From Trichoplax adhaerens (lineage: Eukaryota > Animalia > Placozoa), in contig NW_002060943.1 in NCBI RefSeq assembly GCF_000150275.1, forward strand, positions 10,138,209 through 10,202,208: 64,000 nucleotides of DNA, written 5' to 3'. A program made the position numbers and the translations under genes. Positions 44,853 to 60,700 of the stretch are shown here, piece after piece (within the stretch, counting starts at the first letter, position 1; each line of letters begins with the position of its first letter). The notes under the pieces are model-generated. The model did not search any database. It was not told where the DNA came from and was given only the letters and a program-made list of their open reading frames with translations.

Positions 44853-47800
44853 TTATGAGCTTTTATTATTGTCGAGAACCGAAGAATTTGTATAGCGACG
44901 AGTACCATCAGGATATGGCGGTAGTTCTTGCACGAAGTACGTTGTTAACTCCCCTTTACCTTTCACTGGTATTTTTCCACGACATATAAGAGTAAATCCA
45001 TATGACTGCAATATTGCTGCCGTCTCTTCACCAACCTTACATATTAATCATTAATATAGAGATTATCACCATGAAGATTAAGTCTACAATGCTCGTATGT
45101 TGGGTTACTTTCTATGCTATAGGTATTAGAGCATGCAAGAATAAACAAAGGTGATAAATAATCTATAGACGTTGCACTAATATGGCAGCCTTTGCAATTT
45201 TTTATCTAAAAACATAAATACAATCTTTTTTGTAATACCTGAATATGACCAATTAAACCAGTTGTATCCATACGACTAGCGACATTAACAGTATCGCCCC
45301 ATATGTCGTACTGTGGCTTTCTAGCTCCAATTACTCCAGAAACAACCGGTCCATGATTTATTCCTCAAAAATTTAAAATTTAATATATCTAACTATTACA
45401 AAAAGATGAAATTATAATCCTATGAATTTTAAATAGCAATAATAAATAATCTAAAATACATAGTACGTAGTATGGTTTGTATTACCAATTCTCATTTTGA
45501 AATTGTTGAAAGCATGAGTATTGATACGATTTATGATTGACATCAACGCAAAGGCATATTCTACCAAAACAATTACAAAAGATTCTTGCGTCTTGGGATT
45601 TACTATTTCTTCATTCTGTGCGTAAATCCAATAAAGGTAATAATATTTCAATCACATCGATATTCTGTATATCTATCCTCGACTCAATATATCAAAATTA
45701 AATATATTTAAGGAGAAAGGATACTTCACTAATCAATTTAAAACTTCATCATCTATTTTAATCTTGAAGAATACGGATGTACTATTTAAATTTAATGTTA
45801 GTAGTAAAATTGAAGTTATGAACCGTAGTAGGCTGTAAGCCAGACGCAGCCATATAAGTGCTGTTAATAGTTTTAATCTTGTCAATTTGCGAAAATTTTG
45901 GTTTCAGTAGAAGCTATCCGACAAAAATGAAAAGCAAAAGATATTTGTTACGGATTTTATACGATTTCTACCTTTAAATATGACTATCACCAGATTTAAA
46001 TCAGTACCGGTACGCATTACTTACTAAAAGGGATAATTATCATTAAAAACTATATTATTGAGCTATAATATTATATTTTTGATTGTACGTAGGCTATAAT
46101 TCGATTAATGTTTCAAGCAAAGTACAGTATTCTAGTCTAAAACTGTTAAATTAAATAAATTTAACTCTTACAGATTATCTTCCTAAATGCAGTTATTATT
46201 TTAAAATTTAACTATATTAAAGTTTACTCAATTCGAAGAACGATTCCCTAATAAAATCAATAATATAATTTATGACGCATGATGCCTAAGATATTTAGTA
46301 AATATCTGAACCCTGTAAATTAGGTATCATTCTTATTTATTACGTGGAATTAAAAATAATAACAATTACTCTGCATTTGACTATTACTCACATATTAAAT
46401 TATCTAGTATTAATAACATCATGAACGTAATTTTTCTTACTTCGTCGAAATCAATAAAAATTTCATTTAGCAATCGGAGACATTCAACACCTTGATTATT
46501 TGCATCATTTTCAACGTAAAATGAAGGGAAAAAATTAGGAATCGAAGCAAACATGACACCAACAAATCCATGAGAATTGGCCAACAATTCCTTAGCAACC
46601 AAGATAAAAGTAGGAATAATCAACTTAAAGTCACATTTTATTCATTGTCTTCATCAAAATTAGTATCTAAAGGCAGCACTTATACCGGAAGATAAATACC
46701 AAATATCAAATATTTTTAATTATCATCGAATGTTGTAATTAGTTATAATAACTAACATCGGGGTTATTGTTCGTCGTGAAATGGTGTGCCGCATGAAGAG
46801 GTAAAAGACTTTCCAATAAAGTTGAGTTAATTGAATCTACTGCTTCAATTTCTTCTTGTTTGTGATGACACTAATAAATAAATGCGGGTATTTTAAATTT
46901 AGAAATCAATTGTTTATCAACTTTAAGATTTATAATGTAGATTTATTCAAAATCTACATGATACATTTTACAGTACTATATTTAATATATCGTGTTAAAA
47001 CATGACGCCATGCAAAAAAATTGCATTTTACTAAGCTTTTGGCAACACTTACTTGAACTTGCCATAAGAAATCTATTCTAGAAGTATAATGCACCTACAT
47101 GAAAATTTATTAAAATAAATTTTAAACTTTAGGAGAGTTACTAAACACTCGTATTAAGTAAATGAGGAAGAAAATTTCATGCCTGTCTATCTAAAGCTAG
47201 TAACATCACACAATAAGTTGTAATCACAACGACCGCTTCATATCTGAATTCAATAATTTGCTTCTTGGGCCTAAATTATAATTAGAGAGGTTTCTAAGTA
47301 ATCATTTTTTCAAGGAATAAAAGAAGATAACGTGTTAGATAAATAATTTACCTCTTATCATATTGAATATGATCAAAATTATCGAATAAGGCTTTATAAA
47401 AATCCAAAAATATTAAAAAGTATGCAGTTGCTATCAAAGTAACAACAAAGTATTTAACCGGACTGGAAGTTTTTAGAAATGCACCAATGGTAAATAAACT
47501 CAGCATCATAGCATAAGCAAAAGCCTGCAAAAGTAATTTTCAAGAAGATGCAACAGATTAATAATAGCAAGATACATTTATTACAACATTTAAAATCTGA
47601 GTATATATTGTATTTAACCGAGAAAGATTTATTAAATTTAGAATTTCGCGTAAGATTAGATATATATGTAATTTTATTATGCCTAACCGGTGCATAATAA
47701 CAGCGAGAACTTTGATACATTTCTTGACTTATGCTTTTACTAATTTCCTGACTGTTGTTACTGCTATCATTCAATTGGTGATTTTGTAAATAGAAGTCTT

Positions 47801-50800
47801 GATCACAAGGAATCTAATGAATAAGACAAAGTCCTTAGGTATCGATTATATAGGTATTATTTTAGGATATATATTTAAATTGATTGTGGACAAAATCGCA
47901 ATTTTTGCATAGTAATAACATACGAAATAGTAGTACAAATAAATGTAGAAGAATCTTATTTAAATGCGATCTATTATGCTATAATTGTAGTAAAATTTGG
48001 AGAATCAAGAAAAATGCTTTGCTACAGATGTATATCTATTTAAACTTACAATACTCATGAATGAAGCTATCAGAACTGTTATCATAACAATTGTCGCTAG
48101 GAAGTTACGTGCGTGATGACTTCTCATAACTCGATTGCAAATTTTTTTAATTGGATTTAGGACAGTAGATTTCATAGTACACTATGAAAAGATTAATCAA
48201 CATTAGTATTTCTTATTATTTACCTAAGTATTACTACAATTCACAGTTGTTCAGTAAAGTAATTAAATTTTAAAAGTAAATTGAGTTTAAAAGCATAATT
48301 AAAGGAGTAAAAATACCTTGCATTTTCCTAATGTAGCAACAAGTGCGATGAAGACGAGTATAATAAAGGCACATGGAAACGTTACATAAACAAATAGTGT
48401 CCTACGACTTAATATTAGTAATAATAGCAGATATTAGTAAAAGCGAATAAGGTAATTTATGGAATGTAGTATCAATAGTCATACGTATATCATAAAGCTA
48501 CTTTTCACAAACCTGGGAGTCACAGTAAGTATAATAACCGTTACAAAGCAAAAAATAATTAAGGAAACATATACATAAAATTTAAATAATGGATCTTCGA
48601 GCCCGCAATACTAGCAGAAATGAAGCGAAATATGGAAAATAATTACAATTCCTAATCGTAATAAATTTTAGAGGTTTCCCTTAAGAGATAATTTTAAAAT
48701 TATCCTATCGCTTCGAATTCATCTTACCTCTTTTTCAAGTTTGGTATCATGAAATCGTAATGTCCAATAGTTCATATACTTTGTCCATTTAACATCATCG
48801 TCTTTACTATAAAACGATTGAATTAATGGCTTGTAATAACTTGCAACTTTCATCAATAATAAATAATCTTTACTTTATCACTAAAGGTTATTTAAAGATT
48901 AAAAATTTCGCAGCTTATTTATTGGTTACGAAATTTTGAGTATCTATAGCAGATAATACATGTATAGTTAAGTATAAGAAGAATTTATATAATTGTCAAT
49001 AATTTGTAAATATAGTCAAGGTAGTATTATCTATAGTTAATAATACTAACCTTATTTCGGAGTCATCCAAATATTTTAAAATTGATAGCTTAATCTTATT
49101 GTCCACTTCCTCCATTTCTCGTTGAAATGTTCTCAGAGTAACACTTACTCTATAATAGCGTTAACTTAGAGATTAATATGCACGTATAATATACCGATAT
49201 AGGAAAATATTATAATTTTAGACCAACCTTGGTAATTTAAGATTGTCTAGTTGAACTGGTATTTCAGAATCCCTCTAACACGTTTAAAATTCGATTGTTA
49301 GAACAAATCTTAAGGCAGCCTATTTCCAGGTTTTAATTGCATTTACAATTTGATTTAAGGGAAATTGGATATGGATTTACTAGTATATTTTACAATGCGT
49401 CGTACTAACGTGCTAAAGATAGAGGAAATAGTAGATACCGTACTGAATACAGTAGCGATAAATATTCGATTTTGAATTATCTGAACATCCTTTATACATA
49501 TTTGCTTGTACACCATGAACTTGGATAATGATGAAAATCAAGATTTACACGTATTCTATTAATAAAAGCCGTATTGCAGATTAATACTTAGCGCTTGTAG
49601 TAATCAGTTTACTAATATCACTTATCTCAGTAAGAATTTAATAGTTTTATATTCAACCAGGGTCTATCTATTTTAGCAATTTAACCATTCTTAAAACTCA
49701 TAATACATTGAAAAACTGTTGTGTATTATTATTAAGTAATATCATTATAGCAATACATAATTCGACAAATACTAATGCAGTAATACCCTATAGTTTTACA
49801 GTATATCACAGTTATAATAACCCCTATATCAGCATAACAAATATTATGTTATCAGCCACAAAAAACTAAAAAACTATAATGCTATTTATTCGATTTAACT
49901 GGATAAACAAGTCAATGACACGCTAAATAGTGCTATATTGAAGTACTAACGACGATACAGAAAAATCCGGTAAAAGCAGAGTTCTATACGTATAAGGCGT
50001 TCGTTGATCACAAGAACTCACACTCCATGGTAGCCTTCAATATGAGGGATATTTTTATAAAATTTAACCATAAATGTGCTGAGGTGATAATATTTTTGTT
50101 TATAAAAAATAATCTTCACCCTGATCGACGTATACCGAGTATACCATGATATCATAATGATATTCTAACAAATTTTTCTGAATTTTCGAAAATATGTGGG
50201 TGATTGTAATTAACAACTATCAGCATCATTAAAATCACTTGATTGCCGTCCTTAACATATTTTCGATCGAAATAGGAATACCCGTGATGTTAGGAAATAT
50301 TTACCGATAGAGGGTTATGGGCTATTCTCTTGAACGATAATTCTGCAAAAGGTTTATCAGCTCCCCAATGTTCAACAAATTTAGACAGAGAGACCTGCCT
50401 TCTTCGGTTCCTTCCTTTATCATTACTAAATGCTGCACCCTTTGCTAATCCGGATAATTTATTTTTTCTAGCCTGGGAATTAAATATGTAGTATTTTAGC
50501 GCTTTCTAATGTTTCTGTATTATGATAATAAATTTAATAAGTGGAAAATGACTATATATTATTTTACAACTGTAGAGTTTTTAAAATGTTTATAATGAGG
50601 CAAAACTTACCTTAACCAAAACAGATTTTTCTTTTTTTTGAATGAAAAATGTAGAAACATTATGATCTTTCAAGTAAGCATTACGCTCTTGGCCATGGGC
50701 ATCAATAATAGTAAAATATTTGGTAAGGTGGCCTAGATTTTCAACTGTAGCTTGTGATATATGAACGAGGCTAAGCGGAAAGAAATAAATTAAGTAACTT

Positions 50801-53800
50801 AATTAAAATATTAGAATATTTTAAGTTACAACACCCAAAAACTTTGTTATTGATATTGCTTATTGATTCGATATAATAAATATTTGATAATGCAATATTG
50901 CAAATAAAGCACCCTCAAAAATTCCAAACGAAAATTGACGTTGTCGCTTCAGTATTGTTATGAGATAAAAATATTAGCGACTACAGAATGTAATCAAAGC
51001 TTAGATTTGTATCTTTAATAGTTGCAAATGTCATCTAATCCTTTTTACCCTGGCATTCCTCCTGATTCCATATGATTAGCTAGAATAACATCGTTTGACC
51101 AAACATCAAACTGCCATTTTTGTTGTCCTAGTATTCCGCATAACACACTACCAGTGTGAATTCCAACTCTCATATTGATATTACTATTTGTTGCTTCGCC
51201 GAGCTCTCTAAATTTTACAAGGAAAGTATAAATAATTAATATGTAATATAAATTTTGAAATTTTTAAAAATTGCTATTATATCAGAATACTTTAACCAAG
51301 ACCACTTAAGTGACCGTATCAAAACTTAATATCGAAAAATGATCATAACATTCCATTGTAAACTTACAAAATCGCTTTAATCATCGCAAGAGCCATTTCA
51401 ACACTACATTTGGCGTGATTAACTAAGCAGTCGTCATTTACAAATAACCCTGATACACAGTAATAGCAATCGCCAAGAATTCGTATTCTCATGCAATGAT
51501 TTTTCTATGATTTGAATAGATTAACTGTATTAGTATGAGCCACGAAAGATGTTTCTTATAAGTAAAATTTATGAAACTTAACGATCTACTCTACTAATCT
51601 CTACTTTAAGTAGAAAAATATGCCATAGAAAATAATCTACGACATAAAAGGCACTAATATTCGAGAAAAATAAGAATCTTAGTAATTTAGCAATGATAAT
51701 AATTTACCATCCCATCTTAATCATAATATAAAAGAATATTAATACTATAAAATGTATTACTATTTACCATATTAAAGTAGGCTTACTAGTATCATTCTTC
51801 GATTAAAACAGCAAATATATATTACAAGCAGACTATATTTTAGCATCATTACTTTCTCCGTGAGACAGCGACATTATTTTGCGCTACAGTTAATGTAAGA
51901 CGAAACTTGCCTTTCGATCTGAAATATAGTAGATATCATTCTAACTATACTTTGATCAATTCTCCGTTACCTTTGCAAGCTGATCAAATTTTCCAAATAG
52001 TTCATTTAATATTTGGACTATTTCTCTTGCTGTACATTGAGATGATAGTTTGGTAAAGCCAACGATATCGGCAAATAAAATGCTACACAAAGCAATTTAC
52101 TGAATAAATTAGCTGCACACACTAAGTATGAATTTTCGTAGCAGACAATAAGATTAAAAAGTAGAAAGGTATACACGACTTTTGTGTTAAATTATAGTCT
52201 AAATCCATCCGAGCGACAGATTTAAGTGCTACAGTACGTAACAACTACAATGTAGAAAACGATGTTTTTTAGAATTTTTCGTCAAGTTACCTAACATTTT
52301 CGTGCCTAGTTACATAAATTTTATGAAATTGCTGTGGAATTTGAGTTAAATGCCCATTTTTTTGATTTATTGTTGTCATCAATCTAGATAGTTTATCCTT
52401 AATGATTTCATCAGCGATATCTTTAGGTAAAATTGATTTTAGTAATCTTTCCTATGAAACAAGGTTTGATGTTTAAATTGCTTAATTATATAAAATTAAA
52501 GATCGATTAGCTGCCGTATATTATAATAAAACTAAATCTCATTACGTAACTACTATTAAGTAACCAGTTTTTAATTTTCAAATGATAAATATAACGGCAC
52601 ATTTCATCTTGTTTTAAGTATCTATTAGAATACCTGCTTTTTTCTTTCTTTATCTAACTCAACAGTAGTTTTTATGCAGTCGTATGTGACTATAAACATT
52701 TTACGTTGAGTTATATCGAACAGAATTTTGTGATAGATTCCAAAGAGATTGGAGCATAAAAAGGCAAGAAAGTTAATTCCAAGCTAGAAAAGAATTAAGA
52801 ATATCGGTTCTTTATCTATAATTACTGTGCATCGTTTATCTTTACAGTTATGTTATTTATTGTCAATAAGACCATTCAAAATTTTTTGAGTAGTAGCTTT
52901 AAACGAAATTAGCTATAAGTATGAAGGAAATATATTTACCTGTGAGACGTAAACAGGGTTATTGGCTTTAAACCCTGCTATTAGTAGATGGGCAGCGGTC
53001 ATAATGGTTCCAGCAATGATAGCGGTTAATAAATCTAACGGTAGCATCGTATAAGTCACAAAGATAGCATAAATGACTGATATTACTTGTTCACTTGGTG
53101 AAGCAAAACGTGACAATAACATATATAGGTAAGGATCTAATATTATTAGGAAACCCAGCGTAATTGCCCAAGGTGCAATTCGTTTAATATGGAACCGTTT
53201 TATTGTAATAAAGGCAGCGGTAATAAACGAAGCAAGCAATCTTAATGCCCATACTATAATCAGCGCAATATTAGGCGTTGTAAATTTCTAGATCATGAAA
53301 AACAGAAGGAAAATCTTGATTACTTATTAATATATAATCGAGTGTAATACTGCATAATGCAACATAAAATGGTAATAAGTTGGCAATGAACCCTTAGTAT
53401 GAAAGTGTATAATGCTAGGATATTTACAGTACCATTCATACTGTAAATATATTTGTATTAAATTATACTATGGAATACCTTGACAGTGGGTAACATGTAA
53501 TATTTTGTGACATTGTATCATTATTTTGCTAATTTAATATAACAGGGGTTTGCTGCTAGTTTATAAGTACTGGAACCCTAATAAATGACAGATCGGTTAT
53601 AAAATTGCAGATATACCAAATCTGTACAGATAGATTATGTAGGAACTTGATGTAAGTAGTGCCATGCACAAGGACATTGTCATAAATAACGATATTTTCT
53701 AAATTATAATCAGTGTTACCTTAAATTATCGTTAAAACTACAATGGGTTGAATAGTAGATGGAGAATTGATTCATGTACGTAATTAACTTTATTAGAAAC

Positions 53801-56800
53801 ATTGTTTGAAAAATTGCCTTAAATTTTTAACAATTTGTACCAGAATTATAAGGAAGACTGAGTATAGATCTGACAGTCTTAAAATATGTCTATTACTGTA
53901 CCATTCCTTCCTGGATTGGCTTTTTTTACCCTAACACAGTAATTAAGCTTAATACTCGTACGTAGGGAAATCTGGTTAAAGTTGAAGATTGCAAAGTGTA
54001 TAGATTGCAGTATGTCTAACTTTTTATTCTTATATTAGTGTTTAAAATGTTTAATTGCCTAGTGTATCGTTAGACTATAGCATACAATTGCTAAAATCAC
54101 TTGAAGCTCATGATTTTATTACTCACAGATATTTTACTTGTTAGACGAGACTCGCTTTTATGAAGATAGGAAAATTTTAAAATATCCTGATAATTCGAGC
54201 AAAACGTAACATTCAGCTATGGAATAGTGTTTACCTAATTTGTATAGATTTACTTTTTTAAGTTTCGTTACATACATATGAAGATATAACGAAATTTCTC
54301 TTATTAGATTAGAATTAATACCATAGATACGGTGGTCAATTTTGGCAATAACTCATTATTCTACAGTGTTCTCTTCCTCACACGAAAATTAAAATAGTCT
54401 TGCCATAGTTCATAGATCCAATATTTGCAGGATTGAGTTCTGTCCCTTTACTAAATGTATATTGCAGTGAGATATTATACCAATATGGTGCATGCTAAGA
54501 TATTAATATGTATTCTTTATAGTAAGCATGACAAACATTAGAGGTTCGGTATTAGTGAATATGATAACTACGTGGTAGGTGTATTGTACTGATCACCCAA
54601 TATCGGTAGGAGGAGTCAAATAAAACTTTGTAGATAATGTTAAGTGTTCGTATGTGTAATAGGGTGTGCTTTAGGTTGTAAGATATAATAAGAATATAAC
54701 GAGAAGCGTGAGCATTCTGTAAGGTTGATTGCATAAGACATTAAGCTGAATAAGGACTGAAACATTATATATATGATTTTTTTACTTTACTAACAACATG
54801 TACCAGCATGTACCAATAATGCAATAAAACATTGCACATGGGCTATATATCTGTGGATAACAAAGCTAGTACAGATAATTGTAATATCACGATGAAATTA
54901 TTTTCTTTTTGAGCTGATATGATGTCATTAGAGAATTTATACGACGGATTACTGTATGTAATGTTGTTTTATAGAATAACAGATCATTTCTGTTATTGTA
55001 TAAAGCACGTTACCGTATCTCGGGTTTTCTTTAAATCTCTTATCTAAATCTCTAATCATAGTAAAGTAATTACAGTAATATATTTACAATTAATTGGAAC
55101 TTTGAGCCAATATTAATATATATTTCTTATTACAATATTTGTCATTTACAATGAAGATACAATCTACATAATGTAGTCTAGTAAATCTACTTGAGTAAGT
55201 AATCGATGTAATTAATTACGCCTACGTAGGGAAAGAGTTCAATGCTCTTCATCAATTCATTAGCTTATATCTTTTTCTAATCATATTTGTATATCAGAAT
55301 CATTGGGATAAGAAAATAGAATACTATAAGCAGGAATTTCTGAGAATTTCTCTTAGAAGTTCCTGACTATAAGCTATCTATCTATGATATCAACATCATA
55401 TATGGAAATGCTAATTAAACTATAGTAGTTAAGATCTATTAGCATGGCAATATTGTTCAGTTGTTTCATTCAATTGGGTTTGTCACAGAATAATACAATA
55501 CTTCTCTAAGTTTTGTAGCATTGCGGTAACATATTGAAATTATTTTACAGAAAAATATATGTAATCTTCTATTTGTCTATAAATACTACAAGGGATTGCA
55601 TAGTTGTGTTTATATCTAGAAGTGATACGTATATTTGTAGTAAAGGATTCTTCAGTTTAAGATGCAGGATTTGATACTATAGAAAGTGCAATATTTTCAA
55701 GAAATCTTAGAATAATGATAACTAAATAAGAGGGATGGCGTTAAAATATGGACGTTTGGTCTAATTTTTGTATCTATCTTCGTTAACTACTTATTATTTA
55801 TATTTATTGGGCTAATTAGATATTTCAATTGCTAGTTTGGGATAGGAATGAAAAGTTATATTAAAGTGCATTAGTAAAAAGATTATTTTATTTCTAAATT
55901 TGATTATACTAGTAGAAACTTCTTGTTATGCTTTAATTTAAAGTAGCTCAATTGTGAATATACATACATAGATAGGTTTAAAATAGATATTTAATTACTC
56001 ATGATGTATTCATATTCAGAAATTCGATGTGATATGTCCTGATTTGAAGCAGAAACTATCATACAATATAAAATAATATTCATCGTAGGGTGATATCTAA
56101 TTGCATGTATACCATGATATAGCATTCACTTGGTTACAGTAAATAAAATTCCATTTTTTACTAGCATTTAAGCGTGATTAAGTTTAGCCTATCAGTTAAA
56201 TAAGTATACTTTAATAATATTCAACAGTATCAAACTTTGATATGACTTCATTTTAATACACAGTTTAAAGCCATTCGTTTATGGCACATGTACAGAGTTA
56301 TTTGAATTCTGAAAAAACAAACCATCTTCTCTCACTATTGATACGTAACCCAGAATTGCCATTATTTTTAGTTGTGATATAGGCTACTATGATAAATATC
56401 TTTTGAGTATTTTTCGTTTATACCCTTTGTAATGGATTCAAACTGCTATATAAATGTAAGCTGTAAGACAATATACTGATGATACAATTACCTACTATTA
56501 GATATTATTTTCTATCGATAGGTCATATTTGGATAAGTGATAACTTCAGCAATGACTGAATAAGGTGTGTATAGGATAATTTGTATAATTAAAATTGAAT
56601 AGATTCGCCCCGTTACCTTTTTGCTATCGCATAGTAAAAAAACATCGATATAAATAATTCATTGATGTAGCATAATTATACTTCGCAACGCATTATAATT
56701 GGGGAGGGAAAAATGATGTTAAAAACAACAGATCGATTAGCAGGAAATGTAATAAATTAATCGTAGTTATTTCAGATTTTTGGGATTCCTGTTATAAATC

Positions 56801-57707
56801 GAAATTTGAAAAAACATGGTCCCTAGATTGAAATTCACACAATTTTAAATCCTTTGTCATAGCTTTAAATTAAGCTAACCTTGTAAGCTGAAAACAGTCG
56901 CATATTCTATCGTACAGAAATATTACTTATTAAAGACAGTAGAAGGAAATTTTTAGTTGATGTAGGGTATTATCATCACTATTTTTTAGATCTCACTTGT
57001 ATTTTGTGATGATATACAATAGATACCCGTATAATAGAATTTCTATTATTCTAATATAGAAATTATTGATGTCATGTTTTCAATGTAAAACTTGGAAGTG
57101 ATAGAGTATTTATATTGTAACTTGTAATTAAGAATCACCTAGTAACTAAAAATTTTCGATGAAAGCTAAAAAAAACACATGACGCGAATTTACTGGGATA
57201 GTTTTTAAAACGTCGTAACACTTGGCATATCCGTTTGTGCAAGAATAACAAATGTAGTCGCTGAATGATCTGTATTGACTGTAAATAACTAACAAGTAAC
57301 GAGACGTGCGCTATCCTACTAATTTTATTATATTAAGCAAATGTAACCTATATCTTAATTACATGAAATTATTGAGTGGCGTAAAACGTATATGGGTAAA
57401 TAAGAATTATGTACTATTATATCTGATATTATATTAGGCTTACCTTGTCTCTGCTGACATATAAACCGGCCGAAATACAATCAGATAGCATTGTGACAAA
57501 AATTAGAGCTCGAGCAGAATATAGCTTTTGTTGAAGGCAGTAAGACTGATATAGCTCTTCATAACCTTCGGAAATAAATCTTGGTTGTAAGCATTGATAT
57601 CGCCAAATTAAAACTCCTACGTCATTTCTATCAGACATACTCGTATTTAGTACCGATGCAGTACTATAGCGTTCAGATCGTTTAGTTTTCGAAGTAATTG
57701 TTGCCAT
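44853..57707 (-). CDS. ADCY2: Transmembrane adenylyl cyclase, ADCY2/4/7-like, about 25 coding exons (first 57444-57707, last 44853-45035)
   Basis: C1a: [71 protein letters not shown]2a: [89 protein letters not shown]. Two hydrophobic multi-TM blocks. FGKFDQ and KPKFS point to the 2/4/7 group. Confidence 0.92.
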
Positions 57708-60700
57708 AATTTAGACTTTCAATATATGAAGGGTGACAGTAACTCAGCATAAGCAGTTGTTAGAATTTAATTGAAGTCGAGAGACATAATATGTGCAGTC
57801 CAGCAATTACTTTAAGAAGGTTCGATGAATCCAGGGCAGAGAAGGTTTGATTGCGATTACTGTAATTGAGAGAGAAAGTAAAAAGCAAAAGTGTTTGTAA
57901 ATAAGTTTAGTTCGACTCAGACAAGCTTTATTGCTTACAGTACTAATTTATTCCTTTTTCATTAACTTTATTGTATAATAATTACCACTGCTATAGTGAT
58001 GAATCTTCTCATTTTGCAAAATGAAGTAAAGTGATACTGCAAACCAAATTCTAAATTAATTAGATTCGAATAATCGATTAATATCTTATCGTAATACAGA
58101 ATAACATTATACTATTATAGTCTTAATATTGTAACCATCGACAGATAATGCCTAAAGACATACAAAAATTATCTAATATCGATGTGGATAAAATATTACA
58201 TTCCAATTGATGTGACTACATCAGTACAAGGTATTATCGATTGCGTTAGTATGATCTCCAGTGAATAATGGAATAAATTTAACAAAGAAAACTGTCGTTT
58301 TCATCTTTACTGATTTTTTTATCAACATTGATAGAAATGTACGATATCTAGCAAGTTTCGTTCATCTTAGTAACATGACGGCATACGAACGCTATCACAA
58401 TGCGTCAATGGAATATTACGTTTTCAACATTTGATCTATTCAGTTAATTAATTAAAATAGTTTAATAGCTAGATACGGAAGTCTGTTTTAGCAATACACC
58501 CAAGATGGTATACAGTAAACATTTATCTCCTGTGTAGAATACGGTATTAACAGTAAGGAAAGTTTCTATGAATACTATCAACATAAAAGCTTCTGTTACG
58601 TATATTAAGGGTGAAAATGGCTACTTGCTTACTTTCTTATTTTATCTAATAATTCGAGTTTATTTTACATTATGCATGAGATTTTTTATAACTATAATAC
58701 AATCTATCTAATTTATTACCTTCTGTTTTAGGAATAAAGTTCTATTAGTTATATCATGATGAATTAGTAAGCATCTTCGAAGTGTCGTTTATCTTTGGAA
58801 AGTAGAGATTGGTTTAATTAAGATCATAAAATGGTGAAAGTTGAGAGAAAAAAGAATCTCTAATTGTAGGTTACCGTAATTCAATGCTCCAGGCTGGAGA
58901 TAATTCGTTTAGCCTCACAATATTCCGGTGTTTTTAAGATTGCTTCTTCGAAGAATTCGATTGCTACGCGTTGTGATTGTCAATTGGCTGAAACCTATTA
59001 CTGTAGTGTGATAGTTAACACTTTTATTCTTTCAAGTTTCTCGCTTAAAGACAGTTTGTATGCCAGATACGGTATTTATTAGTCCAGATCGCAGGTTCAG
59101 CTTATTGCAATAGCCCTTCTAGCCAGGATGCTATGTTAATTTTTGGCCGCTAGCTTGCTGCTGTATAGTATTGTTCTTATACTAAAATGATTCCTTTCTA
59201 ATCGGTATTGATTAATTGATTGATACTACTAATAATGAAAGCTGCTAATGAAGTTACAACTCGGTCTAACATAGAAAATAATGGTTTACAAATGGTTGCT
59301 TAACGTTTTTTTTTTGCCGCGAAGACGATTTACCACCTAAAATTTTTTCGTGAGGCTGTAGAGGCGTATGATACTTTATGTAATATCTTTGATGATATTT
59401 ACGTGATCTCACTGGATAGAATAGAGCACAAGTAGATGGGGCTGCTGTGCGCTATTGTATTTAATGTGAGTATTAAAATAGATGTCTGCAACACCCCTAA
59501 GTATTAACTTAAACAGCTGATCACAACAAGGATACGTCGGCACAGGTATGCAATTATCGTCCAGTTGTCTGGCTATTTTCAATATTGATTACAAGCTGCT
59601 GAGTGAATGCTAAACAGCGAATACTATATAACTGTAAGTAAGAACAAAGAAAAATCTACTATGTAAGTAAAGTATGATAATATAATTACTTTATTATATT
59701 ATTATTATTATTTTATTTATACACCTACATGTACTATAGTAACCTGTCAAAATATCACAGATATAGTAGGCTATGCATTAAGTATGCAATATGCATTGTT
59801 GTTATGAATACAACAATATGGATAGCAAATGATAATATTAGAAGTTATACATGAAACGGATAGTCAAATACGTTATTAATTCATTGTAGTAGTGAAGCAA
59901 TAAACTAGCAGTGATAGAGTGATTTAAAAAGTGAAAATTTAAATAAAACATTGGTGCAGTCGCTATTTAATTTTACAGGTAATTGCCGTAGCTTGCTATA
60001 TACACTGAGGAAGAAAATCCGTAGATCAATGATTCGGTGAAAGCGGTCGAGCGCATAAATTTATTTCGTTTCTAGGATTCCTTTTGTATCCTTTCTGTCT
60101 TACTTTTGCCGATATTTTTAATTGGCTTAGGCATGTACTACCAGATATATAGGTACATTTAGTAGTTCATAGCTTAGATTACTATAAATAATCTACTGTA
60201 GTTTTAAATTTAATCAAGCATTACATAAATACTCGAATATAGACGTTGTTTTAGTCAGTAAATTGATATAGTTTTTATAGTTTGTAGTGAGCTTATCTGT
60301 AGATACTATATATATGTATTATATAAATATATAATCACTCACTACGGGAATATGCGATTACACGAGTATGAGATGCATTGCACTGTAATATCGACGGTAC
60401 CCTATCAGGTCAGTACACTTACAATTTGATATAAGTATGCACTAAATTACTATTGAACCCTAACCCTAAAATTACTCCTGTTGATTTGTGCCAAGGCTTA
60501 TTATCAATATAGCTGGTTTAATGTCTATGATCACGCTACACAATCGTTCAGTTATCATGGCTTTGGATGATTTGGGATATTACCTTAGTATACATGCAAT
60601 ATTTGATTATTAATTGATCAGTTATTGAAGATTTAGCTAGGTATGATGACACTATTTTCAGTTCTTACTGAAATACATATACTAATAATAAAATGTACAT

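Noticed and set aside
53420-53450. 12-bp perfect hairpin ATATTTACAGTA/TACTGTAAATAT in the first coding intron of the cyclase
   Set aside because: Short, AT-rich and built on the common TACAG word, with no other support.
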